A stretch of 63,580 bases of DNA, counting the filler, from Octopus bimaculoides (Eukaryota): the NCBI RefSeq assembly GCF_001194135.2. It is 3 parts of 3 records of this genome, joined end to end, with 100 filler letters (N's around TTAATTAATTAA, not from the genome) between each part and the next. Parts side by side here need not be neighbours in the genome. Positions count along the whole stretch, not along the records: positions 45,505 to 63,580 come from NC_068991.1; 2 more parts are not named here. One strand, given 5' to 3'. Position 1 is the first letter of the stretch. Every line of letters begins with the position of its first letter. The position numbers and the translations under genes were made by a program. Under the pieces are notes generated by a model. That model saw nothing but the letters and a program-made list of their open reading frames with translations, was not told the DNA's origin and ran no database searches. This document shows positions 61,801 through 63,580 of the stretch, piece after piece.

Positions 61801-63189
61801 CTAAAAATTGAAAGAAATATTATTACACTATTTTTAGTATCTGATATCCAATAAAACATAAAGGCGATATTTTTCTATTTTAGTTTCATTTTAAATACTA
61901 CTATTGCTAGGATGTATTTCATTTAGTACAGCGGGATACCTTTCCATTGACATCTGAAGAAATACATACTTTTCAGTCAGGTAGATTGCATTCAGCAAAG
62001 TAACTGACCCTCAACATAAATTCCAAGCCAAGTATCTGGATGATAGCTTAACCTGCAAGAAAAAGCAGCCCTATTTTTATTTCAACTCATACCCTCCTCC
62101 ATTAAATAAGATGGGATGGGCACAAGCAGCATGTTGTTAATCACTGGCTTTTGCTCAATCAGTGGCAAAACATGTTTATAACAAGGTTTATACTGGTAGC
62201 ATTCCAATATCTTAATCTCTCACATCTACTATTAACATTTGCAGCTTCACATGAATTAGAAAAATTACTAACATATATCTTAGTTTGATTTGATTACTTT
62301 GTGCAACATCTTGGCATCTGAAGATTCCTCACCTGACTCAAACCTCATGTAATCTCATCATATTCCACTCTCTTTTGTCTGACTCAACATGCCATCCAAC
62401 TTCACTTCACTCAAACACTCTATGCCTTACATGATACAGAACACTCCACCTTGTATGGCAACATACCACCATTTCATCTTAATATACTTTCTTGCCTCTT
62501 CATTAATTTGATACTTACATATATCTCCATTAATTTATCATTCCGTTTTTTTATCAGAGCCTCTGGTCCTTCATATAGTTTAATTAGCACAATTAAGGGT
62601 CGAAGAAGCAAAGTTGTTACCTTCTCTACCTAAATATTCACAAAAATAGAAAAGTTCAAATCAGTTAATTTGATCAATTATATCAAGTAAACAATCAAGC
62701 AAAATTGTTAAGTGGCCAATTGAAGATTGGACAAATCACGGAGTTGTTTAGGAAAATGATTATTTCCAACACAGCTTCTCCTTTCCAGTTGTAGCAATCT
62801 TTGTAGACTACTTGTTTGATTTGACAGACAATAGATCTCTTTCATACAACTTCCCTTTTATCACTGTGGCAATGTAAAGTGTTCAACCTGGAACATGTTT
62901 AACTTCCAGATGAGTTAATTACTCTTGATAAACACTTTCTCAGCCTATCAAAACATCACATAAAGCTGAAAACGTTAGTGGTTACTTAAACTGTTAAAAG
63001 TTATGAAGAATTCTCATTTAACAATTCTGTGAGCCCAGTAACACATTCCCATGGAGATATCATTCTTAATAAGTTTACTATATTATGGGATTAGAGAGTA
63101 TCTAATGGTGTATATGGATATATGTTGGGAAGTATATCCAGATGGGTATACCTGTATTGGGGACAGATTTATAGGAAAGTTGGTTATAC

Positions 63190-63580
63190 ATCATTAGAAA
63201 TATAACGGAACGCTGAACTCCAGACTATCAACTTAAACAACATTTATTCAGGTGGTAAATATATACATCTTTAGCTCTTGTTGTTACAGCTTCTATGTGT
63301 GTGAGCATAGTTGATGGGACGTTGTTATGTAGATGTGAGCGAGCTGTCGAGTGTAAGTCCGAAAGATGGAGAGTGACAGCTATACACGTAAAGAGACTGT
63401 CTCCAGGTTGGAATGTTAGAGACACTGCTTGACACGTCCATGCTCTATTGCTGGCCAGCAAGAAAGAGATAGAATTAAGCGGGAAAGCTTGCTTGTTTAA
63501 TTCCACGCATGCGTGAGACTACGCATGTGCACGGCGTTACTACAGGGCTCCCTTGCCAGTGCGAGAAACGCACGATAATA
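63190..63580. mobile_element. CpG-rich, LTR-like insertion, runs off window end
   Basis: Abrupt GC/CpG rise inside a CpG-poor intron. Minus strand has a TATATA and an AATAAA followed by a short U5-like stretch. No internal domain is visible. Confidence 0.35.

Noticed and set aside
61969-62055. Strong acceptor/donor pair just upstream of the BAR exon (ttcttgcAG ... aaaa|GTatgt)
   Set aside because: All three frames contain stops. It could be a poison exon, but there is no evidence from the sequence alone.

Overview
AT-rich, microsatellite- and retroposon-dense eukaryotic scaffold with many N gaps. The SINE families and microsatellite style look like a coleoid cephalopod (octopus-like); this is an inference, no search was run. 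Almost all ORFs in the track are microsatellite, gap or transposon artefacts. One real protein-coding gene is supported: the 3' part of a minus-strand Tuba/DNMBP-ARHGEF37/38-family gene, spliced by hand from four GT-AG, phase-compatible exons: 61800-61618 (BAR C-terminal helix), 55221-55104 (linker), 52947-52928 (20-nt microexon) and 47345-47097 (terminal SH3 plus stop). Its 5' part lies beyond the window end. The left ~45 kb holds no recognisable gene, only relics of R4/Dong, RTE, CR1/L2, Penelope, mariner/Tc1 and hAT elements, SINEs, and several inverted or foldback structures. Most interesting: (1) a frame-coupled 118+20 nt exon pair bracketed by inverted retroelements; (2) the last codons, stop and a candidate poly(A) signal of the gene overlap or duplicate a Tc1-like MITE end; (3) repeated hammerhead-ribozyme-like cores in a Penelope relic and in short elements, including a tRNA-headed SINE; (4) an apparent CpG-decay boundary at the gene's 3' end; (5) SINE dimers with duplicated 5' flanks. 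Repeat boundaries are approximate (tens of bp); exon boundaries were counted base by base.
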